Shown in pieces: positions 46,023 through 56,452 of a DNA stretch of 64,000 bases. The position numbers were made by a program, and so were the translations under genes. The stretch comes from Chloroflexota bacterium (GTDB lineage: Bacteria; Chloroflexota; UBA11872; VXOZ01). A model generated the notes under the pieces. The model saw nothing but the letters and a program-made list of their open reading frames with translations, ran no database searches and had not been told where the DNA came from. Each line of letters starts with the position of its first letter. Position 1 is the stretch's first letter. The stretch spans positions 192,001 through 256,000 of the forward strand of contig CAXXVD010000002.1 of NCBI GenBank assembly GCA_963662335.2, read 5' to 3'.

Positions 46023-46604
46023 CTACTCTTCCCTTTCCGGCTTAAAGCTCAGGTGCACTTTGCTCTCGGTTGGTTTCTCCTGCCCCTGGTACCGGCTGCC
46101 CAGGCCGGGCGAGCCGTAGGGGCGGTCTACCGGCGTCGTCAAGGTGAGAAAGGAAATTTGGCCGATGAACATGCCCGGGTAGAGCGGTATCGGCAGCTTG
46201 GCCACGTTGGAAAGTTCCAGCGTAATCGTGCCGGAAAAGCCAGGATCGATATACCCCGCCGTCGAGTGGATAATCAGGCCCAAACGCCCTAACGAGCTCT
46301 TGCCTTCCAGGCGGCCCACCAGGTCGTCCGGCAGCCCCACGCGCTCCAGGGTCGTGCCCAGCGCAAACTCGCCGGGATGCAGCACGAACGGCTCGTTCTC
46401 TCCCACTGCGATTTCCTGCGTCAGATCCGGCTGCGGCTCCCGCACGTCGATGTGCGTATAGCGGCTGTGCTCGAAGACGCGAAAGTGCCTTCCCAGCCGC
46501 ACGTCCACGCTGGAGGGCTGCACGTGCGCCGCCGCGAACGGCTCGATGCGCAAGCGCCCGCTGGCGATGAGTTCGGAAATCGTGCGGTCGCTGAGGACGG
46601 ACAT
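46023..46604 (-). CDS. dcd: dCTP deaminase
   Basis: [36 protein letters not shown]. Confidence 0.95.
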   Translation of the reverse strand: MSVLSDRTISELIASGRLRIEPFAAAHVQPSSVDVRLGRHFRVFEHSRYTHIDVREPQPDLTQEIAVGENEPFVLHPGEFALGTTLERVGLPDDLVGRLEGKSSLGRLGLIIHSTAGYIDPGFSGTITLELSNVAKLPIPLYPGMFIGQISFLTLTTPVDRPYGSPGLGSRYQGQEKPTESKVHLSFKPEREE

Positions 46605-46792
46605 GTGTCGCTCTTGGCAATGCCAGACTGCAAATCGTCAAGCGCCGCTTACAGTATAGAGCAGGAGCGCCCGGCGCGCCGGAGCGCAACCAACATGCCA
46701 ACCGCCGACGGTTCGTGCTATCCTACCGTGTGAGCACCATTCCATTTCAGGGTAGCAATCGCTATTGGAGCATCAGGAAAGGAACCGGCGGC

Positions 46793-48127
46793 ATGCAAGT
46801 CAAGTCGAGGTTGGCATTGTTGGGCGGCCCCAAGTCGGTGCAGAGCGACCCCGGCGACATCTTCAACTGGCCGATCGTCACGCCTGAGCACGAAGCGGCC
46901 GTCTTGGACGTGCTGCGCCGGGGGGGCATGTCCGGCACGGACGTGACCCGCCAATTCGAGCGCGAGTACGCCGCCTGGGTTGGAACCACCTACGCCCTGG
47001 GCGCGAACACCGGCACCGAGGCGCTGCGCGCCGCCATGTACGGCTGCGGCGTGGGCGTGGGCGACGAGATGATTTCGCCCAGCGTGACCTATTGGGCGTC
47101 GTGCCTGCAGGCCCTTTCCCTGGGCGCGAGCGTCGTCTTTGCCGACATCGATCCCGACACTCTCTGCATCGATCCCAACGACATCGAGCACCGCATCACG
47201 GAGCGCACCAAGGCCATCGTGGCCGTGCACTACTGCGGCCATCCCGCCGACATGGACCCAATCATGGCAATCGCGCGCAAGCATAACCTCAAGGTGATAG
47301 AGGACGTCTCCCACGCCCACGGCGGGCGTTACAAGGGCCGCACGGTGGGCACGATCGGCGACGTTGCCGGCATGTCGCTCATGAGCGGCAAGTCCTTTGC
47401 CACCGGTGAAGCGGGCATCATGACCACCAACGACCGTGAAATCTACGACCGCGCCGTGGCCTTTGGGCACTACGACATGTACGACGCGGAGAATATCGAG
47501 ACCGAGTACCTCAAGCCGTACGCCGGTCTGCCGCTCGGTGGGTACAAGTACCGCGTGAACCAGTTGAGTTCCGCCATGGGCCGCGTGACGCTGAAGTACT
47601 ACGACGGCTACGTGGCGGAAATCCAGCAGGCCATGAACTACTTCTGGGATCTCCTGGAAGGCGTACCGGGCATTGCGCCGCACCGGCCGGCGCAAGATTC
47701 CGGCAGCACCATGGGCGGCTGGTACGCGGCGCGCGGCCTCTACCGGCCGGAAGAGGTCGGCGGCCTTTCGATTACGCGCTTTGCCCAGGCCGTTTCCGCC
47801 GAGGGCGCGCGCTGCGGGCCGGGCACCAATAAGCCTCTGCACCCGCATCCGCTCTTCCACGAGGCCGACGTCTACGGCCATGGCAAGCCTACGAACCTTG
47901 CCCACGCCAGCCGGGACGTGCGCCAACCGCTGGGCAGCCTGCCGGTCAGCGAAGGCATCAGCGCGCGGACGTATAGTATCCCGTGGTTCAAGAAGTTCCG
48001 GCCCCAGGTGATCGAAGAGTACGCCGCCGCCTACCGCAAAGCCGCCGAGAGCTACACCGAGTTGCTGGAAGACGATCCCGGCGACCAGGGCGACATCGGT
48101 AGTTGGCGGTTCTACTCGCCGGCGTAA
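46793..48127 (+). CDS. DegT/DnrJ/EryC1/StrS PLP aminotransferase
   Basis: VHYCGHPADMD, IEDVSHAHG, SLMSGKSFATGEAG. Confidence 0.88.
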   Translation: MQVKSRLALLGGPKSVQSDPGDIFNWPIVTPEHEAAVLDVLRRGGMSGTDVTRQFEREYAAWVGTTYALGANTGTEALRAAMYGCGVGVGDEMISPSVTYWASCLQALSLGASVVFADIDPDTLCIDPNDIEHRITERTKAIVAVHYCGHPADMDPIMAIARKHNLKVIEDVSHAHGGRYKGRTVGTIGDVAGMSLMSGKSFATGEAGIMTTNDREIYDRAVAFGHYDMYDAENIETEYLKPYAGLPLGGYKYRVNQLSSAMGRVTLKYYDGYVAEIQQAMNYFWDLLEGVPGIAPHRPAQDSGSTMGGWYAARGLYRPEEVGGLSITRFAQAVSAEGARCGPGTNKPLHPHPLFHEADVYGHGKPTNLAHASRDVRQPLGSLPVSEGISARTYSIPWFKKFRPQVIEEYAAAYRKAAESYTELLEDDPGDQGDIGSWRFYSPA

Positions 48128-48259
48128 ACGGCTGTCCCGGCTTTCACCGCAACGACGGGATTGTGCAAAAGGCCTCCATGGGAAAGGGAGGCCTTTTGCT
48201 TTCGCCTGCGGTGCGCACAATCCAGGTGGAGAGGGAATCCGCTTGCCTGCCGGCGGAGA

Positions 48260-49150
48260 TTACTCCCAGCGGCCCGTGTGGGGCAGCGGCTTGGTCAGCG
48301 CCAGCAGCGGGCGGGTGAACGCGGGTGGCGGGGGTGTGCCTTCCGTCGCGCGGCGCGCGCGTTCCGCGTCCCATAGTTCCGTGTAGAGCACGTAGACGGC
48401 GGGGATGAGCAGCGGGCGGACAAGCTGGATGGCGGCCCAGGCGAGGTCCGGCAAGACGAGCAGGAACGTTGCCTGCGGCGCGGCCGGCAGCGCGAGCAAG
48501 AGTCCGCCGCACACCACGCCGAACGGCAGCGCCACCGGCGCCGCGGCCAGCGCCAGCGTGCTCAGGCAGCCCCAGAAGGAGCGCCCGCTCAGCCGCCAGG
48601 ATTCGAGCGCGGCCAGCGTGCCCGGCAGATCGCCGTGCACGGCCAGAAAAGGCGCGAGCAAGGTGCGCGTATGAATCGCCAGCGCCACGCCGCCAATCAC
48701 CGCCCACCAGACGCCGTTCATGAGCGGCTGCCCGCTTCCGCCCAGCGGCGCGGCCTCCGCCTGCCAGGCGCTCACCCACACGATCCCGCTGACCGGCAGC
48801 CAGAAGATCAGGCTGGTATGGGCGTTCGTCCACAGGTAGCGGCACACCCAGCGCAAGCCTAGCCAGGTGGCCCGCGGGACGCCGATTGCGCGCCCCTGCG
48901 CATGGTACGCCACCACCACCATTACCGTGACGGCGCCAAGCACGACGGTGAGCGAACGGAGCAGGTAGAGCAGCGCGTTCTGCCACAAATTCGGCTGGGG
49001 CATGAGCACGGTCAGCGCGGCAACGATGAGGGCCGGCGGCACGAAGAGCGCCGTTAGCAAGCCGTACGCGCCCGGATACCGGCGCACCAAGCGGAAGCCA
49101 AGCGCAAAGCGGCGCGCCGCCGGACGCCAGGCAGCCTTGTTTGCAACCAT
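48260..49150 (-). CDS. Hypothetical multi-pass membrane protein
   Basis: 296 aa with about six hydrophobic segments; ALESWRLSGRSFW pattern. Confidence 0.7.
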   Translation of the reverse strand: MVANKAAWRPAARRFALGFRLVRRYPGAYGLLTALFVPPALIVAALTVLMPQPNLWQNALLYLLRSLTVVLGAVTVMVVVAYHAQGRAIGVPRATWLGLRWVCRYLWTNAHTSLIFWLPVSGIVWVSAWQAEAAPLGGSGQPLMNGVWWAVIGGVALAIHTRTLLAPFLAVHGDLPGTLAALESWRLSGRSFWGCLSTLALAAAPVALPFGVVCGGLLLALPAAPQATFLLVLPDLAWAAIQLVRPLLIPAVYVLYTELWDAERARRATEGTPPPPAFTRPLLALTKPLPHTGRWE

Positions 49151-49339
49151 CGCACCCTTGCCCCCACGTGTGCGCCGGTAGGACTCGTTCCACGCTAAAG
49201 CGTATCATAAGGCCGTCGGCCGCAAGCGCGCCGCGCGCGGGCGCAAGGAGCCGCCGGCAAGCGCGCTCACGGATATGGGATAGTATAGTCACAGCGCAAA
49301 CTGCCGCAGCCAGCGAAATCCGAAACCGGATAGGAGGAA

Positions 49340-50527
49340 ATGAGACCAATGGCGACGCTCACGCAACGAACACTGCCCCAGCGGCTGCTCCTGGGTCCAG
49401 GGCCGGCCAACGTGCATCCCCAGATCATGGCGGCGCTCCAGCAACCGGTGCTGGGGCACCTGGACCCGGTCTTCCAGGAGATTTTGGTGGAGACCGCCGG
49501 GCAGTTGCGGCGGTTGTTTGGCACGGAGAACGAACTCACCCTGGCCGTGACCGGCACCGGCTTCGCCGGCATGGAGTCGTGCCTGGCGAACCTCATCGAG
49601 CCGGGCGATACGATGCTGGTGGGCGTGAACGGCTTCTTTGGCACGCGCATGGCGGAATTCGCCCAGCGCTTTGGGGCCGAGGTGGTGGAAGTAAACGCGC
49701 CGTGGGGTGAACCCATTGCCGCCGCCGCCGTGGACGCCGCGCTACGGCAGAATCCGGGCGTGAAGGTGGTCGGCGTCGTGCACGGCGAGACCTCCACCGG
49801 CGTGCGCCAGCCGATCGCGGAGATCGCCAGCGCCGCCCACGCCCACGGCGCGTTGCTGCTCATGGACGCGGTGACGACCCTGGGCGGGCTGCCGGTGATG
49901 GTGGACGCCTGGGGCGTGGACGCGGCTTACAGCGCCAGCCAGAAGTGCGTGGGCACGATTTCCGGCCTGGCGCCGCTCACGCTCAGCCCCCGCGCCCGCG
50001 AGCGTATGGCCCAACGCGCGGCGGCGCTGCCCACCTGGTACCACGACGTGGAGGCGCTGCACCAGTACTGGTCGGCACAGGGCTTCTACCACCATACCTG
50101 CTCCAGCACCCTGGTCTACGGCCTGAAAGCGGCGCTGGACCTGATGGATGAGGAGGGCGTGGAGAACCGCTTTGCCCGCCACCAACGCTGCGGCGACGCG
50201 CTGAAAGCCGGTCTGGAAGCGATGGGGCTCTCCCTGGTCGCTGCGGCGGGACACCGCCTGCCCATGCTCACGACGGTCAGGATTCCCGAGGGCGCCGCCG
50301 ACCTGGACGTGCGCAAAGCTCTGCTAACCGAGCACGGCATCGAAATTGCCGGCGGCCTGGGGCCGCTGATGGGCGCAATCTGGCGCATCGGCCTGATGGG
50401 CTACGCGGCAAGACCGGAGAACGTGCGCACGTTCCTGGCTGCCTTTGCCCAGGTGCTCACCGCCCAAGGCTGCGCGGTGGATGGAGGTGCTGGCAAGAAT
50501 GCCGCCGAGGCGCTTTTGTCTCAATAG
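49340..50527 (+). CDS. Alanine-glyoxylate/serine-pyruvate aminotransferase (class V)
   Basis: LLLGPGP, VHGETSTG, DAV, SASQKC, WRIGLMG. Confidence 0.9.
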   Translation: MRPMATLTQRTLPQRLLLGPGPANVHPQIMAALQQPVLGHLDPVFQEILVETAGQLRRLFGTENELTLAVTGTGFAGMESCLANLIEPGDTMLVGVNGFFGTRMAEFAQRFGAEVVEVNAPWGEPIAAAAVDAALRQNPGVKVVGVVHGETSTGVRQPIAEIASAAHAHGALLLMDAVTTLGGLPVMVDAWGVDAAYSASQKCVGTISGLAPLTLSPRARERMAQRAAALPTWYHDVEALHQYWSAQGFYHHTCSSTLVYGLKAALDLMDEEGVENRFARHQRCGDALKAGLEAMGLSLVAAAGHRLPMLTTVRIPEGAADLDVRKALLTEHGIEIAGGLGPLMGAIWRIGLMGYAARPENVRTFLAAFAQVLTAQGCAVDGGAGKNAAEALLSQ

Positions 50528-50671
50528 ACAGTGTCAACAGTTCCTGTCATTCCGAGCGCAGCGAGGAATCTAGAGTTCAACCGGGAATCTGAGGCGTGGC
50601 GGGGGACTTGCATAATCGGTGTAGGGACACGACATGTCGTGCCCCTACGTCCATCGTGAAGGAGCTTACGC

Positions 50672-50974
50672 ATGGCGCTACCTATGGTCCATCCCGGCGA
50701 ACACCTGGCCGCGGAGTTGCAAGAAATCAGCATGAGCGCCGCCACGCTGGCGCGCCAGTTGGACGTGCCCACCAACCGCATCACCGCAATCCTAAACGGA
50801 CAGCGCGCCGTCACCGGGGATACCGCGCTCAGGTTGGCTCACTTCTTTGGTACCAGCGCGGATTTCTGGCTGAATTTGCAGAAGATCTACGAACTGCGGT
50901 TGGCTGAGAAGAGAGCCGGCAGCGCAATCAGAACGCTGCCGACACTTGAGAGCCTCCAGTCGGCCCGCGCGTAA
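50672..50974 (+). CDS. higA: HigA/VapI-family antitoxin (HTH)
   Basis: VHPGEHL, NRITAILNGQRAVTGDTALRLAHFFGTSADFWLNLQ. Confidence 0.88.
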   Translation: MALPMVHPGEHLAAELQEISMSAATLARQLDVPTNRITAILNGQRAVTGDTALRLAHFFGTSADFWLNLQKIYELRLAEKRAGSAIRTLPTLESLQSARA

Positions 50975-50984
50975 CGTGCGGCAG

Positions 50985-51303
50985 CGGGGGGCAAGCCCCC
51001 GCGCTACGGCTACGGCTTGGCCGGTTGCGGTCGCGTCCCCGCCCGGTAGGGGCGACCCTTGTGGTCGCCTGGAATGCGAGCCCCCGCGCTACGGCTTGGC
51101 CGGTTGCGGTCGCGCCCCCGGCCCGGTAGGGGCGACCCTTGTGGTCGCCTGGCGCGCAACCGCATCCAACCGTGGGGTCCACGGACAGCGCCGCAGGGCA
51201 ACCGCGACTGCCGTCCACCGCAGGGCAACCGCGACGGGGCAACCCATCGCAGGGCAACCGCGACTGCCGTCCGCCGCAGGGCAACCACAAGGGTTGCCCC
51301 TAC
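50985..51303. repeat. REP cluster (families C and G gtaggggcgacccttgtggtcgcc; four cgcagggcaacc units)
   Basis: Palindromic and direct repeats are visible; the last unit overlaps the TAG of the 51300 gene. Confidence 0.75.
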
Positions 51304-51548
51304 GTGTATACTGCCACCAGCACGGCCTCGTTGGGATTCTGCAGGTCGTTGAAGACCACCACGCAGCGCCGGCCGGCCGTGATGGCCATGGCGTCCAGGC
51401 CGCGATTGACGGCGATGCCGGCGAGAAACGTGGGAAACGAGCCGGCCAACTGCACGTCAGCCTGCCACTTCTTGGCGTCGAACTCTTTGACGACGCCGCT
51501 CAGCGCGGCGCCGGGCGTGATGCCTCGTGTTTCTGCGCGTTCTGCCAT
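51300..51548 (-). CDS. Small OB-fold-like protein (baseplate spike N-terminal/gpV-like, tentative)
   Basis: 82 aa, RBS ggagg; GVVKEFD...ADVQL...GRRCVVVF beta pattern; last gene of the cluster. Confidence 0.6.
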   Translation of the reverse strand: MAERAETRGITPGAALSGVVKEFDAKKWQADVQLAGSFPTFLAGIAVNRGLDAMAITAGRRCVVVFNDLQNPNEAVLVAVYT

Positions 51549-51649
51549 GGATGTTCCTCCGGTGTCGGTTACATGCTTGTGCCGCCGTCTTCCCCCTCTC
51601 CCTAACCCACCCCCCAGTGGCGAGGGAACCGGAACCGCCGGACACGTAT

Positions 51650-51810
51650 CGGCGGGGGGCAAGCTCCCGCGCTACGGTTGGTGAGCGTTCGGTTTGCGGG
51701 GGGCAAGCCCCCGCGCTACGGTTGGTGAGCGTTCGGTTTGCGGGGGGCAAGCCCCCGCGCTACGGTGAGTGGGCATTCGTTCTGCGGAGGACAAGCCCCC
51801 GCGCTACGCG
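51650..51810. repeat. Tandem ~44-bp family C units
   Basis: ggggggcaagcccccgcgctacggttggtgagcgttcggtttgc repeated two to three times plus a degenerate copy. Confidence 0.8.
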
Positions 51811-51828
51811 GATGCGCAGCGCTTGCTC

Positions 51829-53796
51829 CTATGTGTCTTCCAACTCCCCGCATTCCAGGGTCATCGTGTACTCCGCGTCGTCGGGCGTATAGCGGTGGTT
51901 GATGCGCGCAATGCGCAACGTGCCGTGGTCAAAGCCCGTGGTCTGAAAATCGACCACGTCGCCCACCTGGAGCGCCGGGTTATACGGCACGTCCACCGTA
52001 TACGCCTCGTTGGCGCGGCGGGCGGCGGCCAGCGCGGCCGCGGCGCGTTTCTGGCAGTCCGCGGCCTGTGTCAGTTGGGTATCGGTCACCAGCGCCGTGT
52101 TCGCGTTGCCCTGGGCGCGCAGCGCGGCCCAGTCCCACGCCTCGCCCAGCGCGCCGTCGCCCTGCACCAGCACGTGGTTGACGCGGGCGCTCTGCCGCCA
52201 GGCGCCGGCGAACTCCTGGCCGGTGTACGTCCACGCCGCCGCGTCATCCTTGCTGGGAAACCAACAGCGCACCGTGCCGTCCGGTTCCACGCGCCACCAC
52301 AGCGCGTCCAGCGCGGTCAGGCGGTCGATCATCGTTTGCCACGGTTGGCCGGCGTGCAGGGCAAAGGCCGGCAGCGCGCGGCCGAAGCGGCTATCGTTGT
52401 CGTCGCTCAGGCGCAGCGCGCCGGCGCGGTACCAGGCCTCCGCCAGCAGCGCGCGCAGGGTCTTGCCGCTAAACGACCACGTCTGCGCCACCCGGCGGCG
52501 GGCGTGCACGCTGGCGTCCGCCGCCTCCACGCGGACGGTCTTATCGGGCAGCAGCGTCACGCTTTGCACCGCCAGTTCCGCCATCTTCTTCTTCTCCGCG
52601 CCGGCGCTCGTCACGTAGCCGGCGCGCACGTCCAGCGTCACGCCGGCGCGCAGCGTCTTATCCAGCCGGGCGTCCAGCGCGCCGTCGGTGTTATCCAGCA
52701 GCAGGCTGGCGGCGCTCGTTGCGTTGGCCCGTTCCTCCCAGCGGAAATCCAGCGCGCGGGAGGTAACGTCCTGGAACTGGTCGACGTTCGTGGCCGCGTA
52801 GCCGGTGTAACGGTGGGCGATCTCCTGGTTCACCAGCCAATACTTGGTCGCGCTTTGCCGCAGCCACCAGAAGCCGGTGAACGACTCATCTTCCACCGGC
52901 GCGCCCTCGGAAAACAGTCCCCACGTGTGCGCCGTGCCGTAGCGCCAGCGGCCGAAGTTGAGACCCGAGACCGTGCCGTAGTCCCGCTCCAGGTAGCCGA
53001 TGCGGAAGGCCTGCTCCCAGTACTGGATTGTGGGATCCAGCAGGTCGCGCCGGGCCGCGCTGTCGTCCACGCGGGCGATGGTGGTCAGCGGTTCCCAGGT
53101 CGTGCCGTTGGTGCGGCAGCCCACGATTGCGGTGCCGCTGGCGCCCGGCGCGCCGCCCCAGAGCGATACGGCCAGGTGCCACTTCGTGCCGTCCCACGCC
53201 GCGCCGATGCCGCCGCAGGACGAGTATGCGCCGTGGCTCCACTCGTCCGCCTGCCAACTGCCGCCGGATTCATGCAGCCGGTAGATTGTCACACCGCCGC
53301 CGGTCTTGTCCACCGCCAGGAAGATGCTGCCGTTGCCGCCGTAGCAGAGCGCGCGCACGAACTTCTTGGCGTTCCAGAGAGTCTCCGCGCTGCTCCAGGT
53401 GGCGCCGCCGTCGCTGCTGGTGCGCCGGTAGACGGTGGTGAGCTTGACGTACACCACCGCCACGTGGCCGTTGGGCAACACGCCCGCGCCCACCCCGGCC
53501 GCGCCGGTGACGCCGGTCTGCAACGTCGTCCAGGTGGTCCATTGGCTCGCCTGGGTGGTGTCGGTGATGCGCTGAAAGGCGACGACGGCGGCAATCACGC
53601 CCCGCGCCGACGAGACGTCCACCCGCCAGAGCGCGCCGCCGTTATCCACGAAGCAGGCGTTGGCCGCGGCGGAGCGCGTAGCGGAGCGGTAGCGCGTGTA
53701 GCGGTGCGCCGCGTCGCGCAAGGTAAACTGCATCGCCGGCCGGCGGGCTGCCGCGTTCACCGCCGCCGCCAGGGTTGTGGTCAAGGTGCGGGCCAC
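51829..53796 (-). CDS. Putative tail-tip/baseplate hub protein with N-terminal BNR/Asp-box propeller
   Basis: GTG 53796 after ggaggt, 2 nt from the upstream stop; SSDGGATWS Asp-box; C-terminal NHVLVQG...PYNPALQVGDVV hub-like motif. Confidence 0.6.
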   Translation of the reverse strand: MARTLTTTLAAAVNAAARRPAMQFTLRDAAHRYTRYRSATRSAAANACFVDNGGALWRVDVSSARGVIAAVVAFQRITDTTQASQWTTWTTLQTGVTGAAGVGAGVLPNGHVAVVYVKLTTVYRRTSSDGGATWSSAETLWNAKKFVRALCYGGNGSIFLAVDKTGGGVTIYRLHESGGSWQADEWSHGAYSSCGGIGAAWDGTKWHLAVSLWGGAPGASGTAIVGCRTNGTTWEPLTTIARVDDSAARRDLLDPTIQYWEQAFRIGYLERDYGTVSGLNFGRWRYGTAHTWGLFSEGAPVEDESFTGFWWLRQSATKYWLVNQEIAHRYTGYAATNVDQFQDVTSRALDFRWEERANATSAASLLLDNTDGALDARLDKTLRAGVTLDVRAGYVTSAGAEKKKMAELAVQSVTLLPDKTVRVEAADASVHARRRVAQTWSFSGKTLRALLAEAWYRAGALRLSDDNDSRFGRALPAFALHAGQPWQTMIDRLTALDALWWRVEPDGTVRCWFPSKDDAAAWTYTGQEFAGAWRQSARVNHVLVQGDGALGEAWDWAALRAQGNANTALVTDTQLTQAADCQKRAAAALAAARRANEAYTVDVPYNPALQVGDVVDFQTTGFDHGTLRIARINHRYTPDDAEYTMTLECGELEDT

Positions 53797-53798
53797 GG

Positions 53799-54236
53799 CT
53801 ATACCTCCCGCAGCGTGACGCGGATTTCCCACTCCAGCGTCCACAACTGCTCTTTGCCATACGGGATGACGCGCTCCTCGCACGCGGCGAAACGCACGGT
53901 ATGGCTGGCGTTCAGCGGATCGACGAAGGTGTGGCTCTCGTTCGTGCGCTGAAAGAACGACCAGAGCCGGTCGCGCCACTGCCGGGCCGTGGTGGCGTTC
54001 GTCGTGCCGTCGAGATTGCGGATGCTCTCCCGGCACAGCGCGACGAACGAAAACTCGCGCTTGCCCAGGCCGCTCTCCACGTAGGAGACCGTGCCGCCCG
54101 CGGTCAGGCGCGACTGCGCGCGGCGCGGCCGGGTCATGGTATACGTGCCGGGCTTGATGAAGAACCCCAGCGCAGCGCCGTCGTTCACGTTGGTATTGGT
54201 CAGGGTTACGTTGCAGTCCACTCCAATGGTGGGCAT
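53799..54236 (-). CDS. Hypothetical virion/tail protein (paralog 2)
   Basis: 145 aa, MPTIGVDCNVTL...GFFIKPGTY; paralog of 54381-54788. Confidence 0.7.
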   Translation of the reverse strand: MPTIGVDCNVTLTNTNVNDGAALGFFIKPGTYTMTRPRRAQSRLTAGGTVSYVESGLGKREFSFVALCRESIRNLDGTTNATTARQWRDRLWSFFQRTNESHTFVDPLNASHTVRFAACEERVIPYGKEQLWTLEWEIRVTLREV

Positions 54237-54380
54237 CCTTTTCGTGCTCCCTCTCGTGTTGGTATTCGCTACCCGTGCCTGCGCAGGCGCTCTCCGGCAG
54301 CCTCTCCCGTTCCTGCTTCGACAAGCTCAGCACGAACGGTCTAGCCGGTAGGGGCACGACACGTCGTGCCCCTACCGGCC

Positions 54381-54788
54381 TCACGCCTCCACCAGCGTCA
54401 CCGCGATCTCCCACTCTGGTGTCTCCCACAGGCCCGAGGCCGCGGACACGCGCTCCTCCAGCGCCAGCGCGCGCACGCTGTGCACGCTTCCCAGCCGGTC
54501 GGTAAAACTCAACGCCGCGGTCTTGGCGTGGGACGCCCGCAGGTTGGCGCGGTAGGTAGCGGCAGACGTGAGATTCACCGTGCCGTCGTGGTTGAGGTGG
54601 TTGGTGTAGGCGAGCACGGTGAAGCGCCAGACCTGCTTGCCCGCGCCCAGGTCCACCGCGGCCGGCCCGGCGCTGGCGTCCGGGTCCGCGGCCATGATCT
54701 TGGGAATCTCCACGCGATACGAGCCGGGCTTCACGAAATAGCCGTTGCCATCCAGGATTACCGAACAATCCGTTCCAACGGTTGGCAT
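54381..54788 (-). CDS. Hypothetical virion/tail protein (paralog 1)
   Basis: 135 aa, MPTVGTDCSVIL...GYFVKPGSY...WEIAVTLVEA. Confidence 0.7.
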   Translation of the reverse strand: MPTVGTDCSVILDGNGYFVKPGSYRVEIPKIMAADPDASAGPAAVDLGAGKQVWRFTVLAYTNHLNHDGTVNLTSAATYRANLRASHAKTAALSFTDRLGSVHSVRALALEERVSAASGLWETPEWEIAVTLVEA

Positions 54789-54794
54789 GGTTTG

Positions 54795-55181
54795 CTACCT
54801 TATTGCTGCGAGTTTGGCCAGGATGCGGTTGGGCGCGCCGGTCAGCCCCAAGCGCAGCCACTCCCGCACCCGGTATTTGCGGGCGCTGGCGACCTTTGTG
54901 CTGTCCGGCGTATCGACAATGGCGACCACGTCGCTGAGGTCCACGTCCGGCGGGAACTCCGCCGTCACGTCCGGGCCTTTGCTGGCTGGCTCTTCGCCCC
55001 GGTTTGCCGCGCCGGACGCGGCGCCGCGCGCTTCCTGCCACGTGCACGCCGCCGCCGCGTAGACCGTCTCGCTGCCGCTCTTGCGGATCAGCGTCACGGC
55101 GCGCAGCCGCCCCTGCCGGATTCGCGCCCGGTTCGCCTGCGCGTGGGCAACCTGCCTGCTATCGAGCATTCTTTTCTCCAT
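54795..55181 (-). CDS. Hypothetical protein in head-closure position
   Basis: 128 aa (alternative start ~55169), 6 bp from the next gene; function inferred from gene order only. Confidence 0.55.
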   Translation of the reverse strand: MEKRMLDSRQVAHAQANRARIRQGRLRAVTLIRKSGSETVYAAAACTWQEARGAASGAANRGEEPASKGPDVTAEFPPDVDLSDVVAIVDTPDSTKVASARKYRVREWLRLGLTGAPNRILAKLAAIR

Positions 55182-55595
55182 TTCCGTTCAACGTCGGCCC
55201 GCCATTCCCGCGAAAGCGGGAATCCATCTTCTCATCGTCAATTCCCACTCCCCAGCGGGGGACAAGCCCCCGCGCTACACAGAGTTCACCCCCAAAACCC
55301 GGCAGTGCGACCGTTCGCGCTGAGCTTGTCGAAGCGTGAACGGTCTCACGGCGCGCGCCAACAAATGATGCACCATGTCATTCCGAACGGAGCGCAGCGG
55401 AGTGTCGAACCCTGTTCGCGGAATCTAGAGTCTTGGAGCAGCCGGGCGCGTTGCCGTATGGCACGAGATTCCTCGCTGCGCTCGGAATGACAGAAGCGCC
55501 GGTCTGCGTCTGAAACAGGGGCTGCAAGCGGCGCGACCAATGCGCTGGCGTATGCGAACAGACCCGCGCCAGCTAGCGTTCCCCATTGTTGCCGT

Positions 55596-56264
55596 TTAGC
55601 GTTCCGCATTCGTGCCGTCCACCGTCCACGCCACGCTCCCCCGCGTCTGCTGCGCCCGCTCCTGCCGCAGGCGCGCAAGCTCTTTCTCGAACGCCTCCCG
55701 CGCGTCCATGCCCTTGCGCCACCAGGCCGCGCTCACCATGCTCGTATCCACGCCCGCGCCTTGCTGGCCGTCCTGGTAGCGGAAGTTATCGGACTTCGGC
55801 GTGGCGTAGGCCAGGCAAGCGTGGGCGTACGCGCCGGTGGTGAGCAGGCCGGTGTGGGCGTCCGGCAGCGTCCACTGGCTCTCGCTGGCGACGTGTTTCG
55901 CGCCCCAGCGCACCCGCGCCGGTTCCGCCGCGCCGGGCGCTTCCGGCACGAGCAGGAAGACGTAGCCCGGCGTGCCGTCGCTGGCGGGCAGCGTCATGAA
56001 CGTGCAGAGCGCCGGCGGATAGCGGCCCGTGGGCCACTCCACCTCCTCCACGCTCCACACGCCCGCCAGGCTGCTCACGTCCAGCAGGCGCGAGCCGGCG
56101 CTGGTGGTCAGGGTGGCGTCGCGGGTCCAGGGCGCGGCGCGGGAGAGTTCGCTCAGGGCGCGGTCGATGGCGTGATCGAGGTCCGCGTCGCTGAAGCGCG
56201 CCTCGCTGCCGGCCGGATCGAACAATTCGCCGCGCAAGACGCCGCGAAATTCGCTCAATGTCAT
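55596..56264 (-). CDS. Putative head-tail adaptor/connector protein
   Basis: Follows the capsid gene; MTLSEFR...RFSDADLDHAIDRAL helical N-terminus typical of adaptors. Confidence 0.6.
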   Translation of the reverse strand: MTLSEFRGVLRGELFDPAGSEARFSDADLDHAIDRALSELSRAAPWTRDATLTTSAGSRLLDVSSLAGVWSVEEVEWPTGRYPPALCTFMTLPASDGTPGYVFLLVPEAPGAAEPARVRWGAKHVASESQWTLPDAHTGLLTTGAYAHACLAYATPKSDNFRYQDGQQGAGVDTSMVSAAWWRKGMDAREAFEKELARLRQERAQQTRGSVAWTVDGTNAER

Positions 56265-56452
56265 AGGTTTTCCTTACGTTGACAACTACACACGGATTGC
56301 TCGGCACAACGAAGCGCGCGCTCAGGCAGAGAGCCACCGCCCCCGCCCGGTAGGGGCACGACACGTCGTGCCCCTACCGGGCGTTCCCTCTCTCTTACGG
56401 AAGAAGGTGACGGCGGCAAATGTCCTCTCCGCCTCCGGTTCCCTCTCCCGCT

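Noticed and set aside
51190-51303. CRISPR-like array of cgcagggcaacc units
   Set aside because: Spacers are short and themselves repeated, the units derive from REP family G, and no cas genes are present.
51829-55047. 1072-aa ORF as one protein
   Set aside because: The first ~417 codons overlap three better genes and REPs; the real start is GTG 53796 with an SD.
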